Source: Saccostrea echinata
Lineage: Eukaryota
Assembly: GCF_033153115.1 (NCBI RefSeq)
Contig: NW_026889764.1
Coordinates: 1,178,001-1,242,000, forward strand
Length of the DNA stretch: 64,000 nt
Reading direction: 5' to 3'
Below the pieces are notes generated by a model that was not told the origin of the DNA, made no database searches, and saw only the letters and a program-made list of their open reading frames with translations. Numbering within the stretch: the first letter of the stretch is position 1; every line of letters starts with the position of its first letter. A program made the position numbers and the translations under genes. This document shows, one piece after another, positions 14,678 through 29,250 of this stretch.

Positions 14678-17600
14678 AACAACAAGTAAAGCAGATACTT
14701 TCCCATGAAAGAAGTTTTAAAGAATTAGCCGTACAACCTGATGCATGTCAAAAATGTTTTTAAAAACTTTCTTTGGTTTACACCTATTGGAGAAGCTTGA
14801 CAATCTTCTTCACTTGCATTAAAAACCATAGAACGTCCTTATTCTTACCACTAGCTAGATACGAAAGATATGAACTTCGTTCAGGATCATGAAACAGTTT
14901 AAATTAGACATCAATTAAAGTTCAGTATCTGTAAAATACTTATTAACTGGGAAGTGAAACTCAAAGGCAATCTTTAAAGGCATTAAAATTTTTATTTTGA
15001 ATTGCTTGACTTTATTCTACATACATTTCAGGAAATGTACAGAATTTGACTTAAGTCTAAATAGTTGCATACGATCCCAGTGTTAGATATCTGTAGAAAA
15101 ATTATAATACATACATTGAAGCTCCGTCCTTTCCGGCTCACCTAAAACAAATTGATTTATATATATCGAACATAGTAGAGATTTTAAAAAAAGATGAAAA
15201 TAACGAACAGTAATCGGTCAAAAAAATCTTAAAAACAATACAAATTTAAGAACAGGACATAAAACATTGACTTCTGGAAATTCCAGAGGTTATAATCAGA
15301 TGCTTAGGGGGAGTAAACATCCTGTCGACCAGTCACACAGCATATTTGATTCATTCATTCATTCGCAGCACTGTTAAAGCTGCATAAGGGGAGTAACAGG
15401 AAATGTTTGCTGTGAAATCACACAAACATACACACACAAAAACACACACAACACACATAATTTCCTCACAATGTCAGAAAATGAAATTATTTACACGACC
15501 AGCTTTTCAAAATGGCGCCGAGTAAACATCGGTATCTTGAATGAGATAAAAACAACCAATAGATAGTTTTCAATAGTCCCAAATTATCAAGAGTTATTTC
15601 CCGTTGGCCGCCATATTGGTGATCAACATGTTCATATTCCTTCATTATTCAACCAACTTTAACTTTTTATACTGGCCATTGTGGGGTAGGAAACATTGTT
15701 TTTCTGAAAAATATACATTAATTTCGTTGAAGTCTCCTTCATTTCATAATTTTTATTCCATAAAAATTTCCCTCCAAATATTTCTCAAATTTGGTAAGAC
15801 AAAGAGGAAAAATTACCAGGTTGACCACCAAGATGGCGAGCAAGGGAAATAACTCCGAGAGAAAATTTATCGTGTGAAAACTATCTATAAAGGCACGATT
15901 TTTGTGTATGATCAGTTCACTGCAAAGAAAAGAACCTGTATAATTAAGGTATAACTTACGAAAAGAAACAGTATTTCCAATTTATTTTTCAACAGACACC
16001 ATCAAATTAGGATTACGACTCATGGGTATCCGAGGATAAACATAGACGAATAAATCACTGATTGCAATCCACTTGTCGACATGACGTCATCATGAAAAAA
16101 ATGACGCATTTTATGTGCAGTGTGAGACGGCGAAAAATTTTATTATAAAACGGAATATTATTTACAGATGTTAGATAGATCATTAATACCAATGTGAAAC
16201 CTTTGTTTAAAGCCATTATTCAATGATTATCGGGAGGATGTATTGAATTAATTTTATTGTGTGCTTTTGTATATAGAGTTGGCATGTTTTACATAGAGGT
16301 GTATCATTAAATCGCCTTTTCGTGAGGTCATACACTCAATCTTGACTATTCTTTTGAATAAAAAAAGAGAAAATATTCCTTAACCTGAAAAGTGCTACTT
16401 CTCTACACTGTACACAACTATAACTCACGTAAAAATATAAACTAGACTTTTTGATATCATAGACAGGGGCGAAGCTAGGGGGTGTTTAATGTGGAAGCAA
16501 ATCAAGGCTGGGGGTTTGGGAGCCGCCTTAAGGCCCCCAATGGGACCAGGGAGAAGCCCTGGTGGAGCCCCGGGGGCGAAGCTCCCGGAAGTTGGCGAGT
16601 TTTTAGCATTTCTGACACTTAATTTTCAGTACTAGCATCCAGAAAAGATAGTTAAATTAAAAAAATCCTAGTTTCAACGTTTAAAATGCTTATTTCCTCA
16701 TCATGAAACTAACGATAAAGAAGAAAGTATTGCCTGATTTAGGATGGGTTTTAATTCTTTGTTTGATTATTTCTTTTTTGTGAAAATGATGTGGAAGCAT
16801 TTGCGTACTTGCGTACGCCTTGCTACGCGCCTGATAGACAACTGCTTCTTCAATAAAAATTGAACTCGGAAATTTTCGTATCTTGTGATTAGTCAACAAC
16901 AAAATTACTTAAAAATCAATCTGATTCTACACAAAAGCACTCTGGAGTTAATATTAAAAAGATGCTGGAATTCCTTACCGACAACGTCTTATGTAGTCTT
17001 CAGGGACTAGATCTTCCAACAAACTGCCGATGGACTCTAATTCTGCTTCTTTATTGGCCTACTTCGTTGTTTTAATATTCATACGAGGCAGAATTTATTC
17101 AAAACTACACGACTTCTACATGAGAAGAAGAGGAAAACACTTGTTGTGGCCTTCAACTCGAACGTCAGATGTATCGACGACGTTTTATCAATTAACAGTA
17201 GGTACTTCCATTCATATGTCGACTCGATATGTCCCAGTGAACTTGAAATAAAGTCAACAGAGTTTGACACATCTGTTTCATATTTGGATGTTTTTTTTAC
17301 TATAGACGATAAGGGCCAAATAACAACTTAATTGTATGACAAACAATAATTGTATGACAAACAAGATGATTTCGGCTTTTCCATCATCAACTTTCCTTAT
17401 TTATGTAGTAATATTCCGCTTTCATCTGTTTATTGTATTTACGTCTCCAAACTTATACTCATGCTATCGATTTTTAAACTGAGGAAGGCTTTTAACAGAT
17501 AAGTTGATGTTATGAGGATTTATACAACCTCATTTAAAGCCAGCGTTTCGTAAGCCTTGTTAACAAATATAATCTACCATTGGGTCGTATTTTGACTGAT

Positions 17601-20600
17601 GTGTTTCAGACCAATTCTTAGGCCTTTGTTTTCGTATATACTAAATTTGACTTACGGAATGTTCTCTCTACCTGATCAATACATAGGGAGCCGTCACGTA
17701 GCTCAGTCGGTAGAGCGCTCGCTCCGTGATCGGAAGGCCGTGAGTTCGAATCTCGGCCGCGACTGACCTAATTCGATATAAAATAGGTAGCAACTGTTCC
17801 TTCACCAAGCGCTCGGCACTTTGAATTGAAAGCTAGTTGCTGGTCTTTCGGATGAGACCTTAAAAACTGAAGCCGCGTAACACGGCAGGCATTGGCACTA
17901 TAAAGATCCCTCACTGCTCAATTTCTAAATTTGAAGCCCTTCACCGGTATATGATGACGTCTCTATATGAGTGAAAAATTCTAGAAGGGGATTTAAAACT
18001 ACATACAATGTATCAATTAATCAATCAATAAATAGGGCTAACGGTGGGTGTGACAGGTCAACAGGGGATGCTTAATCCTCCTAGGCACCTGATTCCACAT
18101 CTGGAATTTCCGGAGGTCCCTGTTTCATGCCCTGTTCACAGATCAGTATTGTTTGTAGATTTTTTTCAAAGAGCACAGATATATTTTATAGCAATTGTCA
18201 TAGGAAATACTTGCTTTGGTTTTCTTCTATTGGAGAAACTTGGAAATCTTCTGTAATAAAATCTAGAAAATATAATACATATTGATTTTTTTTCTCTAAA
18301 AACATTTTGATGGGGAAAAAAAAACGTCATCATTTCCTTTAGCTAGATGTGACCTTAATACTTGTTATACTTGTAGAACTTGAGTTACTTTTTAATTCAT
18401 TCCTTATATTTAATTTTCTAAGTGAAGTGAAGACATTTTCTTCTCAAAACAGATTTAAAATGTACAAAATTTAAATATGAAGTAAAGCGACTGACACATT
18501 TTTGACGCTTCATAATTTAATATAGGCAGCACAGACTTTATTCAATAAACATGTTTAGAGAATAAAACACACTAAAATCCATATCTTATCTCATAACAGT
18601 CCGAGTGGCCTCACATCAGTCCTCGGGCTGTACATAATTCTATTTATCGTATATTCAAATTATTTATATGTTAATTCACATGCATTAAGTCATTTAAGAA
18701 TATCTCGTGCATGCATACGTCATATTTTTTTAATATCTAGAAGAGCCGATTTCATGTCATTATAAAACACATTAAGACCACAAATTTTAGTAGATGAATT
18801 GTTTAACATATACAGTTGTATATTTTTAAATCGTGTAAATTAAATTTGTTTGCGTTTGATATGCCATTTTTTTGCCTACCGGTCTAATACGTGACAAACA
18901 TTTTTAGACAAATGTTCCCCCTTGTAAAAATTCCCTTTGGGAAGATACGTTATGCAGCAAAACTTTCTTTGCATTTTCTGCACTGAATTAAGCAAATCTT
19001 CCCTCTAGCAGAAATGCCATTTTGCAAATACGGGAAATATCAACTATGACATCATACAAACTAAAACTTCTTAAGAAATACCACAAAATAATTATTTGCG
19101 ATTTTAAACTGTATGAGAGCATTAACCTACATCAAAACTTACTATAAAATACTTTTTATCGTTAGTTTAATCCCACGTTGCAAGGTGCAAATAAGTCACT
19201 GAACCTTTCGGTTTGATGTCATTCAGTAAAACGTGTTTGTATGCAGTGACAGATGGATCAAGTAGCCTACTATTTTCACAACGAATAATGTATTTTATAA
19301 TTAAATGACATATTATTTGCAGATATTTAAGAGGTCCTTAACTTGGATGTGATGTCTTGTTTTATGATTTTATTCATATATTTTCAGTATATATTACCTA
19401 GTTAACTATTATTGCCGTGCATTTGTATGCAGGTGCATTGGAGGGAAATGTAAGGGTTCTAATATATTTTTTTTCATTTTGTAAAACAAAAGTGCAAATA
19501 AAAAAAGACAAATTACAATTAAAAAAATGAAACGACTTGCCTCGGTTCACATCTAATGAAGAGGGTTGGGAATCTCCTTCATTTGAATGAACAAAAATGT
19601 AATAGATTAATACAAAAGTTTTCTTATTTAAAAGTAATTGATAAACTTTTAAGACTTGTTTTCTCCCTCCAAATAATAAATAATTCTCGATAAAAATGAA
19701 TTTAAAAACCATTTGATGGGCAAGAAAACGTCATCATTAGAACTTCCAGTAGAGGAATATGAGATAAGGTCAGATACCTGTATTTGCAGAAAAATTATAA
19801 TACATACTTAGATTCTCCGTTTCTTCCAGCTCACCTAAAACAAATGTTTATTTTAAACTTTTGATACATCCAGTACGACAAAAAAAAAACAAAAAACAAA
19901 AAACAAATGTCTATTGTTGTGAGGTGTGTTGTAATTGAAATATGTTTGTATTGTTTCATCGTGTATATTAAGTAACGTAAAGAAACTTCTGGAACATTCC
20001 AGAGTGATCAACATGTATGGTCATTTTTCTGGAACATTCTTGAATTTCGTGTATGCCCAGAATGTTCCAGTAACATCTTGTATTTACAATTTCTACAATT
20101 TTCTAGATTTGTGTTAATGTATAAACACTGTCAATTGTATGCATGGGTAAGACTGTCGTTCAAGAAGACTGGCGTTCGGAGTACAAAGAGACTTGGATAG
20201 GATACTCTCACTGGGACATTGTGTGTACATTGTGTGTAGTAACAGACACTCTGTTGTACGTATGTTTGGATTCTTGCTGTAATTTTGTAAGTTACTTCTT
20301 AAATTTTATATATTACTGTAAATAAATTATTGTTAAGTTTAAACTGTGTGATTTATTTTTGCTGGCATTTCGGGTTATTCTGACCCATAACACTATTTTG
20401 AACTTTTAATACATCCAGTATGACAAAATGTTTGAATTTACCTGAACAGCTGAAATATATAAGAAATGATTTTGATTAAAAGCCTTGAAACCTTTTTTGA
20501 AAGAAAAAAAAACTTAATGAGTAGTAAATGACACTAACTGAATAAAAAAACCCAAACAATTCAGTAAAATGATGTCATTATCACGCTTTCTACACAATAG

Positions 20601-23600
20601 GTTTTTATCTCTATAAATATGTAATATATTAGGATCTGCAGTTATTCGTATATCGCCATTTATGTCTCCCTGTAGGCGTCTTGCATAAGTGAGAGGTTCT
20701 CGAAGGGAGGTAAAACAACAATTAATCAATCAACCATTTCGGCTTTTTTATTCTGTTTACCCTACTATTTCAGGAATAGCTTTATAGGCATATTTGGGCT
20801 AGAGTCGCGTACAAGATCTTTACTAACCATTATGCTCCCGTTGATTTATCTTTGATACTTTTCTTCTGAATATGAAGATGAGAACAATAACGACAACAAA
20901 ACAGATTAACACTGGAAGTGCTATTAGATATACAGGAATCCCTTCCGTGGTCTGTTTGATTGTCCGGGATCCTTGCAATTTATTGAACCTGCATAGAGTT
21001 AATATAAAACTTTAAAAACAAAAATTGTCTCCATAAAACATCTATGGAAACATCTTAAAGTAATTCATAAACGTATTACACTTTGCAATCCTAATCCATA
21101 ATGCATGTATGAACCACTTTGTGGCTGTGCGTGTTTTTAAATTTTACCTTATTCCTTAATCTTTTCAAAAAGCGATTCGATCCAAAGACTAAAATATTAA
21201 ATAAATTTTAAATAAAAACCTTGTTTGAAGAATAACTTGTATTATTCAACGACCCCCCCCCCCCCCCCCAGCATCTTTGGAATTCTGCGTACGATTAATT
21301 TTTAATCCAAGGCAGGCTACTAACAAATTCTATGATTATGATCTTTATTGCAAATACAATCTATATCTTTCGGCCGTATTCTGGCTGTCATGTTTCATAC
21401 CAATTGTTAAACTATTGTTTGTATAGTAGTATTAACTACGGTTTTTTGATCAATAATGTCTCATGGCAGATGTGACTGGTCGAAAAGGGATTCTTACTCC
21501 TCCTAGACATCGGATCCCACGTCCGGTGTTTCCAGGGGTCCGTGATTTTGTTTTTAAACTTACTGTTCGCTATCTTCATCATTTCATTTTAGCTCCTCCG
21601 TCTCCAATCCACTGATTTTTTAGATTTTTTTTTTATTTCAAGTTTAAAAAACATTGATAATTTTCTTGACCATAGGAACCGGGGGAGAGGCACGGGGAAC
21701 GTGCCCCAATAATTCTGCTTATTTGTAATAATATATTATAAGAAAAAAACCCAACTAAATTATCGATAAAACGTCTGATGACATTACTTTACTTTTGATT
21801 TATTGAATTCATTTGATGGAAAGATCTTACCTCTCTTTCAGACATTCCTTGTCAGATGTAAAACAGCCGATCGCTAAACTCATGCAGTTTGGATCTAAAA
21901 AATAATTTAATTCTATATATGACTGAAAGTATACATTTGATATTTTCCCAATGATTATTTGCTCCTCAAAATTAAAAAAAAAATCAATTTAAGCAATGCA
22001 AAGGAGTATTAGGAACAAGAAAAAGCGACAATTCAAATGTTTCACACCCATTCTAGCAACATGATTTACAATTGAACTTTAACTTTCAAATAGTGACATC
22101 AACTGTTGATTTTTATTTTAGTCTACTAGTTTAACTTTATTTTGTACTCTTATTTTCATGCTTACATGTATATAACTCATTGCTATAATACGGTTTTTCT
22201 GGACATCCATTGGTGAAGTTCTGACATTTAACATGATTTAGGATCCCATCAGCCGCAAGCTCAACACAATTTCCTGTAAGAAATTCCAAAAAACATTTTT
22301 TTAAACAATGGGTTTGTAAAAAATGAATTGTAAACGTTTTGCTATAAAGTTCTTCAAATATAGTTATCGGTTTTAACAGTATCTAAAAATAAGTTTAGCA
22401 ATAAATATACAAAAGAGCAAAACACACTGTCATAGAAATTTTATGTACTATTTCTAATTAATTCACTGGTAGAAAAAAGTCAAATTTATCAAAGGAGAAC
22501 TGTACATGTATGTAGTACCCGTGTGAATAAGAATGCGTTTCTTGGTGTAACAAAATTCAATAAGTGTCGAATGATATTTGTCAGGAGCGCAGTGATATCC
22601 ATGTGTTTTGTTGCACTGACGCCTTTCAGCGGCCACTTCCCATTCCGATTGGTTCATCGGACATTCTTCCACTCGGTACACACCGAAGGAATAACTGTAT
22701 TCTGGGAGCTTTACGAAATATAAGAAATAATTGTCCAGTAATCTATCTAATTCTTGTTTCACTACTGCATTGTGTAAGACAGAAGGATACATGGTTTTCA
22801 TATTGCACTTCAATAGCTTAACGCCAAATTTTTTACATCCATCTGATATACTTTTTATCCATTCAGACAAAGTGTCAAGGTCTTCTTTTTCTTAATTGGC
22901 CCATCGTCTGGCGTAATCTTCCACAAAATTCATAACATTTATGAAATTATGACGCAAGTTTAAGATCGGGTTTCCCAAAATTTTGGCCTTATTATAATAA
23001 GTGATTTAAGGTACTCATTATTAGCCCCTACCGCAGGAACCGAAGAGGACTATAGGTTTCCTCTGCATCTGTCAGTCCGTCTGTCCCTCGATCTGTCTGT
23101 CTGTCATTCTGTCCCACTTGGTTTTCCGTACTTTTTTTTCTAAACGCTTGCAGATATTGAGCTGATTTTTGGTATGTAAATGTATCTTGATGAGTTACAG
23201 ATTAAGTTTGCATTTCGTTCCGCTTCAATGATTTTAACAAAATTACGACCTTTTCAACTTTAAGGGGTTTCCGCAATTTTTTTGCTGGTGACGTGTCCAG
23301 CAGGACTATAATTGTAGGGTTAAGAAGATTATGAACACTTTGGAACACGCATATATCAGATATTCGATGTCTAGGCACAGTAGAATTTTTTGTAATTAAA
23401 AAGTTTGGAAGCAATTGTCGATGTGTATAAGAAATACAAGGTGTGGACTTCAACTTGAAAAATATGGTGGAATACAAGACTGGACCCTTTTTTGATTAAG
23501 AATATTACTTATCTTAAGTGCGTCAATTTCTTTGTTGGCATATTGAAGATTAAGGAACAAACGGATTGTTTGAACAGTAGTTTATTTCGTGAAACGTGGC

Positions 23601-24021
23601 ATTGTAAAGAGGCTATGATTTGCAATATCTATAATCACAGATCCGAGCCTGTATTCTGGTGTCGAAGAATCCAAATATGGACTTTCCTTGACTTTTACAA
23701 ATAGACTATTTAAAACATTCAAAAGGACAGAGTAAAGTTTGGTGCAAATGTGATGAAGGCCTTACTGATAATTTACATAAGGTAGTAGTGAATCAAAGGA
23801 GACATCGTGTATATAATACGATGTCCTTGACTACGCTTACGTAGTGTACTGTTAAAAAGTCCCATGTAAATAGAACCAAAAATAAAGTTGATTTTTTTAT
23901 TATTACGTACCTTTTCATTATCCAACATCATCGACGATGACAATGCTGCTTTTGGTGATATCATTCTCAAAGATATACACACATATACAAATGTACATCT
24001 TAACAGAATACAATTCAACAT
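7922..24021 (-). CDS. Gene A: Cys-rich ectodomain/TM/ankyrin-repeat receptor-like gene, frameshifted in the last exon as assembled; exons 24021-23911, 22708-22519, 22273-22166, 21894-21831, 20988-20828, micro-exons 19834-19808, 19576-19541, 15141-15115, 14568-14545, final exon 9281-7922
   Basis: Phase-consistent splicing gives MLNCILLRCTFVYVCISL...CPMNQSEWEVAAERRQCNKTHGYHCAPDKYHSTLIEFCYTKKRILIHTGNCVELAADGILNHVKCQNFTNGCPEKPLYSNELYTYPNCMSLAIGCFTSDKEC...IPVYLIALPVLICFVVVIVLIFIFRRK (TM plus basic stop-transfer), then the ankyrin ORF. Micro-exon usage is uncertain. Confidence 0.7.
9440..11600 (+). repeat. Two adjacent HINE-type elements (starting ~9440 and ~10258) with degenerate tandem repeats
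   Basis: 5' hairpins (CCCCCG..GGGGG), (CTGT)n, recurring TAGGGCTTTCATATTTCAC...TGACCTTGACCTT. Confidence 0.75.
12981..14304 (+). mobile_element. Non-autonomous Helitron
   Basis: A|TCTATACTTATAAA 5' end; 3' GC hairpin CCCGCGC-TT-GCGCGGG (14278-14293) followed by CTAG|T; AT target site with no TSD. Confidence 0.85.
14321..14512. mobile_element. MITE with 11-bp TIR and 9-bp TSD
   Basis: CAGGCCCGTAG...CTACGGGCCTG, flanked on both sides by TAAATATGC. Confidence 0.85.
16464..16833. mobile_element. MITE with imperfect TIR
   Basis: CAGGGGCGAAGCTAGG...CCTTGCTACGCGCCTG, flanked by ATAGA. Confidence 0.65.
16895..18170 (+). mobile_element. Degenerate Penelope-like RT fragment, interrupted by a SINE
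   Basis: CIDDVLSINS..ELEIK..VSYLD and the same 3' tail. Confidence 0.75.
17689..18030 (+). mobile_element. tRNA-derived SINE with ~14-bp TSD
   Basis: GTAGCTCAGTCGGTAGAGC and GTTCGAATC boxes, TTCGGATGAGACC core. Flanked by ATCAATACATAGGG and ATCAATAAATAGGG. Confidence 0.88.
19915..20392 (+). mobile_element. Solo LTR (Gypsy-like)
   Basis: TGTT...AACA termini, 4-bp TSD CTAT, internal TATA-like motif and AATAAA. Confidence 0.75.
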
Positions 24022-24994
24022 ATTTAACAAATCGAAAGCTTCATCAAAATCGGTCAACTGGCATACGTCAGTGGTACCAATGGATTCTTATGGATAAAGT
24101 GTCTAAATGAAAAATGCAGTATAATACAAAAAGCACTCAGTATATAGATTAATTTGGTTGTAACATTTCAAAACGAATTTAGAATAAAGACAATATCATT
24201 ATTATTACTTGTAACTATATTGATATTATATTAGTATTACGATCAATGTTGCTTCTCAAATTATATACAGCTGGATTCTTTTTAACATGAACACTTGGAG
24301 ATATCAGTGAACAAATCCAAATAAAGTTAGTGGATTTTTTTACTTTACAAATTTCCTTATTTGTGAAATTATAATAACAAACAACGAAAAAACTGTAAAT
24401 TCCGTTGTAAAGACTTGTTTGCTTTGGGTTATTTTGCTAAATTTGTAAATTATCATCAACAAAATGTTGTTGCACACATTTTGCAATTTTCAGAATCGCA
24501 AGATGCCTATTGACAGAAAATAAGCTCAATAAATAACACTCTATAGTCTCCTCCATCTCCAAAATTAAAATGCATAATCAGAATACTGTTCTTGGCACTA
24601 CATTCGGGTAACTAGTTCTTATAAGGCACTAAATCAGTACGTAAATTTTATCGTTTTGTCGAAACTGTGTCCGGTGTGGTCATCCGAGGTCTTCTGAAAA
24701 TGAATATTTATAATTTTTTTTAATTAACTGTATGTGAAATGCAATGTATCAATTTGCATTACATTATCAAAAATATGCAAATCAATGACCATATTACTTA
24801 GATATGAAAGTCTGCCTTCTTTTCATCATTTAAATGGAATTTTAATAGGCAATAAAACACAACCTTAAAGAATATCTCAACACTTTTATGATTTGTTCGC
24901 CAACAATAACTAATATACCCAGTAATACGAAACATATAGCTGGGATTGTTGATCACAGTGGTATCAATCTTTTTTAACATGGTGTACTGCTTGA

Positions 24995-25780
24995 TGTATG
25001 GAATTACAATGGGCACTAATTGTGCTCCTTTAAAACTGACCTGTTTTTATATTCCTATGAAGCAGAATTTATTTAAAAACTTCTACAAGAAAACACTTGC
25101 TGTGGCCTTCAACTCGACATTTAGATATATGGACGATGTATTATCAATTAACAATAATTACCTTCATTCATATGTCAATTTGATATATCCCAGTGAACTT
25201 GAAATAAAAGACGCCACAGAGTCTGTCGCATCTATTTTATATTTGGATGTTTTACTGACTAAAGAGGATAAGGGCCAACTAACAACTACATTGTATGACA
25301 AACAAGATGACTTCAACTTTTCCAGTGTCAACTTTCCTTATTTATGTAGTAATATTTCTCTATCACCTTCATATGATGTTTACGTCTCCCAACTTATTCG
25401 GTACTCAAAATCATGCTCCAAGTACGATCAAAACCGAGGCAGGCTACTGACAGATAAGTTGATGTTACAAGGATTTCAACATCCTCGTTTTAAGTCGGCA
25501 TTTTGTAAATTCTATGGTCGTAAGCAAAAATATCCCATCGTTTGGTCGTATTTTGGCTGACTTGTTTCATATCAATGGTTAGGCCTATGTTTGACTACGG
25601 AATGTTCCCTCTACCTGATCAATATATAGGGATCACGGCGGGTTTGTCCGGTCAACAGGGGGTGCATAGGTACCTGATCCCACCTCTGGAATTTCAAGGG
25701 GTTCGTGGTTCATGCCTTCCTCACAGAAATATATTGTTTATAGATTTTTTGACATCGATCATTGTTTGTTATATTCAACC
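24995..25780 (+). mobile_element. Penelope-like RT fragment
   Basis: GITMGTNCAP..FRYMDDVLSINN..LYDKQDDFNF and the same 3' tail. Confidence 0.8.
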
Positions 25781-28700
25781 TTTTTATCCCAATAATTTTT
25801 CGACTAATTGGTTCAAAAGTCACCATCCAACAAACATCTTCAATCATTTGTTTTGTCGCATTTTGTCAGATAATACATGGACATTTTCCATTTTACATTC
25901 CTTTTTAAAGGAAAAGAGTTTTTAAAGGAAAAGTTGTTAAAATGAATCGGTCTTTATTTGAAATTTGTTAGGTAAGGATTTTAAATTGAAATAGCCATGC
26001 AAATTCTCAAGAATCATAAGTCTTGTTTTGTTTCAACATGCAAAAATAAAACATATTACCTTCTTCAAATGACAGGTGAAGCCTTTGATTCTGATTATAA
26101 TATATTCATACGTTGGAATTGCTCCTATTTCCTAATCATTCACAAATGGAAGAGGAATTAAGAGAAACTTGAATTCACTCTAAAGGTTCATACATCAACA
26201 AATCCGTTTTGAATAAAAGAAGGAAAGAAATTTTATGCAACTTTTTAAGAAAAAAATATTTCCGTTTAAGTCCTAAAGTACAAGTTATTATCAACCCTGA
26301 CAACTTTAATATAAAGTAATTTTTATAACTTCCCCGTTTAATGTACAAAGGTACACAGTCACTGGATCAATAAGCATTTCATTTTTATGTGTTTTAAATG
26401 TTATGTCATCATTAATGCCAAGTTAAGTGCAATAAAATCTATTTATCACGTATCAAGTTTTATTCTTAATTTAGAGCCTAAGTATTTATAGAATATTGTC
26501 CTTTGCTCTGCAACAAAAATATTAACTGGAAATGTTGTTTTAGTGCATGAAAAGGGTATGTTTTCCAGGTCATGACAAATTGTCTTATAATGATACACAT
26601 GCAAAACATCACAAACCTTTTAAATCGAAGAAAGGTTCTTATGCGATCGGGTGTTCTCGCCAATTTGATAATATTTTCACTCTTAATTATCTTTCGGTCT
26701 TAATGGACTACTTTAAAGCGTACCAGAGATACTAAAATAGGGCACTTTGTTAGTTCTGTTTACCCCTACACCTACTGCAATTTTAGACTCTTTCAATGAA
26801 ATTCAGTACAAAAGTAGATTTCATGTCCTTTCTTGGTAAATATATATAATTTCTTCAAAATCGAAAGTAGAATAGGTTCATGTAATGTTTGTCCGTTAAA
26901 ACGTTTCAACATAATACGTTTTGTTACTTTATTCAACAATATCTATTAATAAATTGTAATGAAACTGGTGTGTTAAATTATAACGCTTAAAAAGTACTCT
27001 TAGGATCCTACCTGATCATTCAAATCATTCAGTGTACGTTGAATACGATAAAGAATGTACACCATACAAAAACACATATTGATCAGGGACGTTTATGTAA
27101 CATGTTAAAACACGAGAAGATAAAGGTATACATTTTTTGTATGGATTTAAATAGGACACTATAGATAAAATTATCTGCATCATATCTCAATGCATTTAAA
27201 CTTCATTGGTTAGACGGGACAATTAAGCGATGGTTAGTGTGGACGATCACAAAATAACTCAAATAAAATCTGGTAAAATCCATCCTTTCCAGCTCTTACC
27301 CCAAATAAAACATGGAAGAGGGAAGAGGCAGAACTTCCATAAATTATACATGAAAAGAAAGATCGAACAGAGAGGATATGGTGATGAAAGAAATTTTGAA
27401 AGTACGAGAGAAAACATTACATGCTTATGAAGGACCTTAGAAATAGCTACAGGTCTACGAGTTCTACTGACGCATGAAAGGAGGGTAATCTAATGTTAAT
27501 TATGATTGAACTGCCTCAATTTACAGTATGTGAGTATCCACCTTAGAGCTGAAAGATGTAGTGTAAAATGGAGGTGTGGAGCAGATAAAATAAATTAATG
27601 GTTTGGTCCGAAGAGCTTCGAGACTTGCCCGATTGAAGTGAATCAACTTTTTTGCACGCTGCGCATGCTCAACCGTGTAAATCATGTTGCTCAGTATGGA
27701 AACTTTTCTTAAGGCGTAAGTAACGTTGCCTTTTCTAAAATGCTCTTTTTTACAAAGCAGAACAGCACGAAATAGGAGGTGGACATCAAAATTATACTAA
27801 GAAGTGTATTAAAAACAACAACACATTTTACCAGCTTGAAAGATCGATGATAAAATGCATAAAAATTTCACCATGATAGCCTTGTATTGGGTGTTATGAC
27901 CTCAACCTTGACAAGTACTAGCAAAAACACTTGCTAACAAACAAAAAAATACCAGATGTGATCAGTTTCAAAAGATTTGTATTCACGTGAGTCAAATATT
28001 GACACATGATGAAAAATGAAACAAAGAACGCGGAATGCAATTCTACAATTAAGTTATTCACTGACCCAGGGTGTATTTTAGCGCATGTGAACACGTAAGT
28101 ATTTTTACTCATCTATTCAGTCTAGGTGCAAATTAACTTTTACATATGAGTATATAATTTACTCCTGATGTATTTTCAGTCATGTTAACGCGTAGCAAGA
28201 TTTACTCAAGAAAAAATATTGAAAAATATAGCATCAACGATTTCATTTTTAAAAAAATGCATTTTTATATTAAAAAGAAGAGTGACCATGTGTTGTATTA
28301 TTTAAGTCATATTATTATTTTAAATAGCATTCAAAAGGGAAATGACAATGTTCTTCTTGTATATGGGAGGAACACAGAGTTAAAGAGCAGGTAGAAAGCC
28401 TAAGGAAACATTTTCAAAAACTTTGAAATTAAAGACTTTAAACTGATTTACATATAGTTTGAGAGTGCATGTGAGCTCATCGCAAAATTTGTATTTTCAC
28501 ACCAAGAGTATAATTTGCATCCATCTAAAATTTACACCTCGAAGTAAATGAGCGCGTGTGAACGGGGTTTAAGATCATCTAAACAAAACACCAACATGTC
28601 TGTTGAAACTTTTGCTGCAAATGACAGTAATAAAGGCATATTCGAAGAAATGGAGCATTGAAGATTGGGTTATCATATCAATTTACTAGAAATATTACGA

Positions 28701-28956
28701 TTGTATGTTTGACTCTTCATAACTTACCTAATTTTAACAACCGCACAACTATGAAGAAGCATGTTCAATACAACTGTTTAGCAATGAGTCATTCAAAACG
28801 TAGCAGATGTTTGAAAAAAAAAAATCAATATATAAATATAGTTGAGCGGTTGTTAAATTTAGGTAAGTTATGAAGAATTAAACATACAATCACAATATTT
28901 CTAACAAATTGATATGATAACCCAATTCTTTAGAGGCATTTAACTATTGTTATCGT

Positions 28957-29201
28957 CGCCCGTGTGGCGCGATGGTAAGAGCGTTTGGTCTAGAGTCGTG
29001 GTGGAAGGAGTTGTTCCTTACGTCGTGGGTTCGAATCCCATTGTGGGACGTGGAGACGGGTCCTTCGGATGAGACCGTATAAACCGAGGTCCCGTGTCGC
29101 AGTAGGTGCTGACACGAAAAAGATCCCTCACTGCTGAATGACCCTCAGTGCCGAGCATAGGTCAAAATTTGCAGCTCTCCACTGTCAAGTGGTGACGTCT
29201 T

Positions 29202-29232
<31 letters not shown>

Positions 29233-29250
29233 TAAACAACAAACAAACAA
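28957..29250 (+). mobile_element. tRNA-derived SINE
   Basis: GTGGCGCGATGG and GGTTCGAATCCC boxes, same core, (AAAC)n tail. Confidence 0.85.

Noticed and set aside
17689-17765. tRNA genes here and at 28957 and 2920-2994
   Set aside because: They have A/B boxes but continue into a shared SINE body and tail, and one has a TSD; these are SINE heads.
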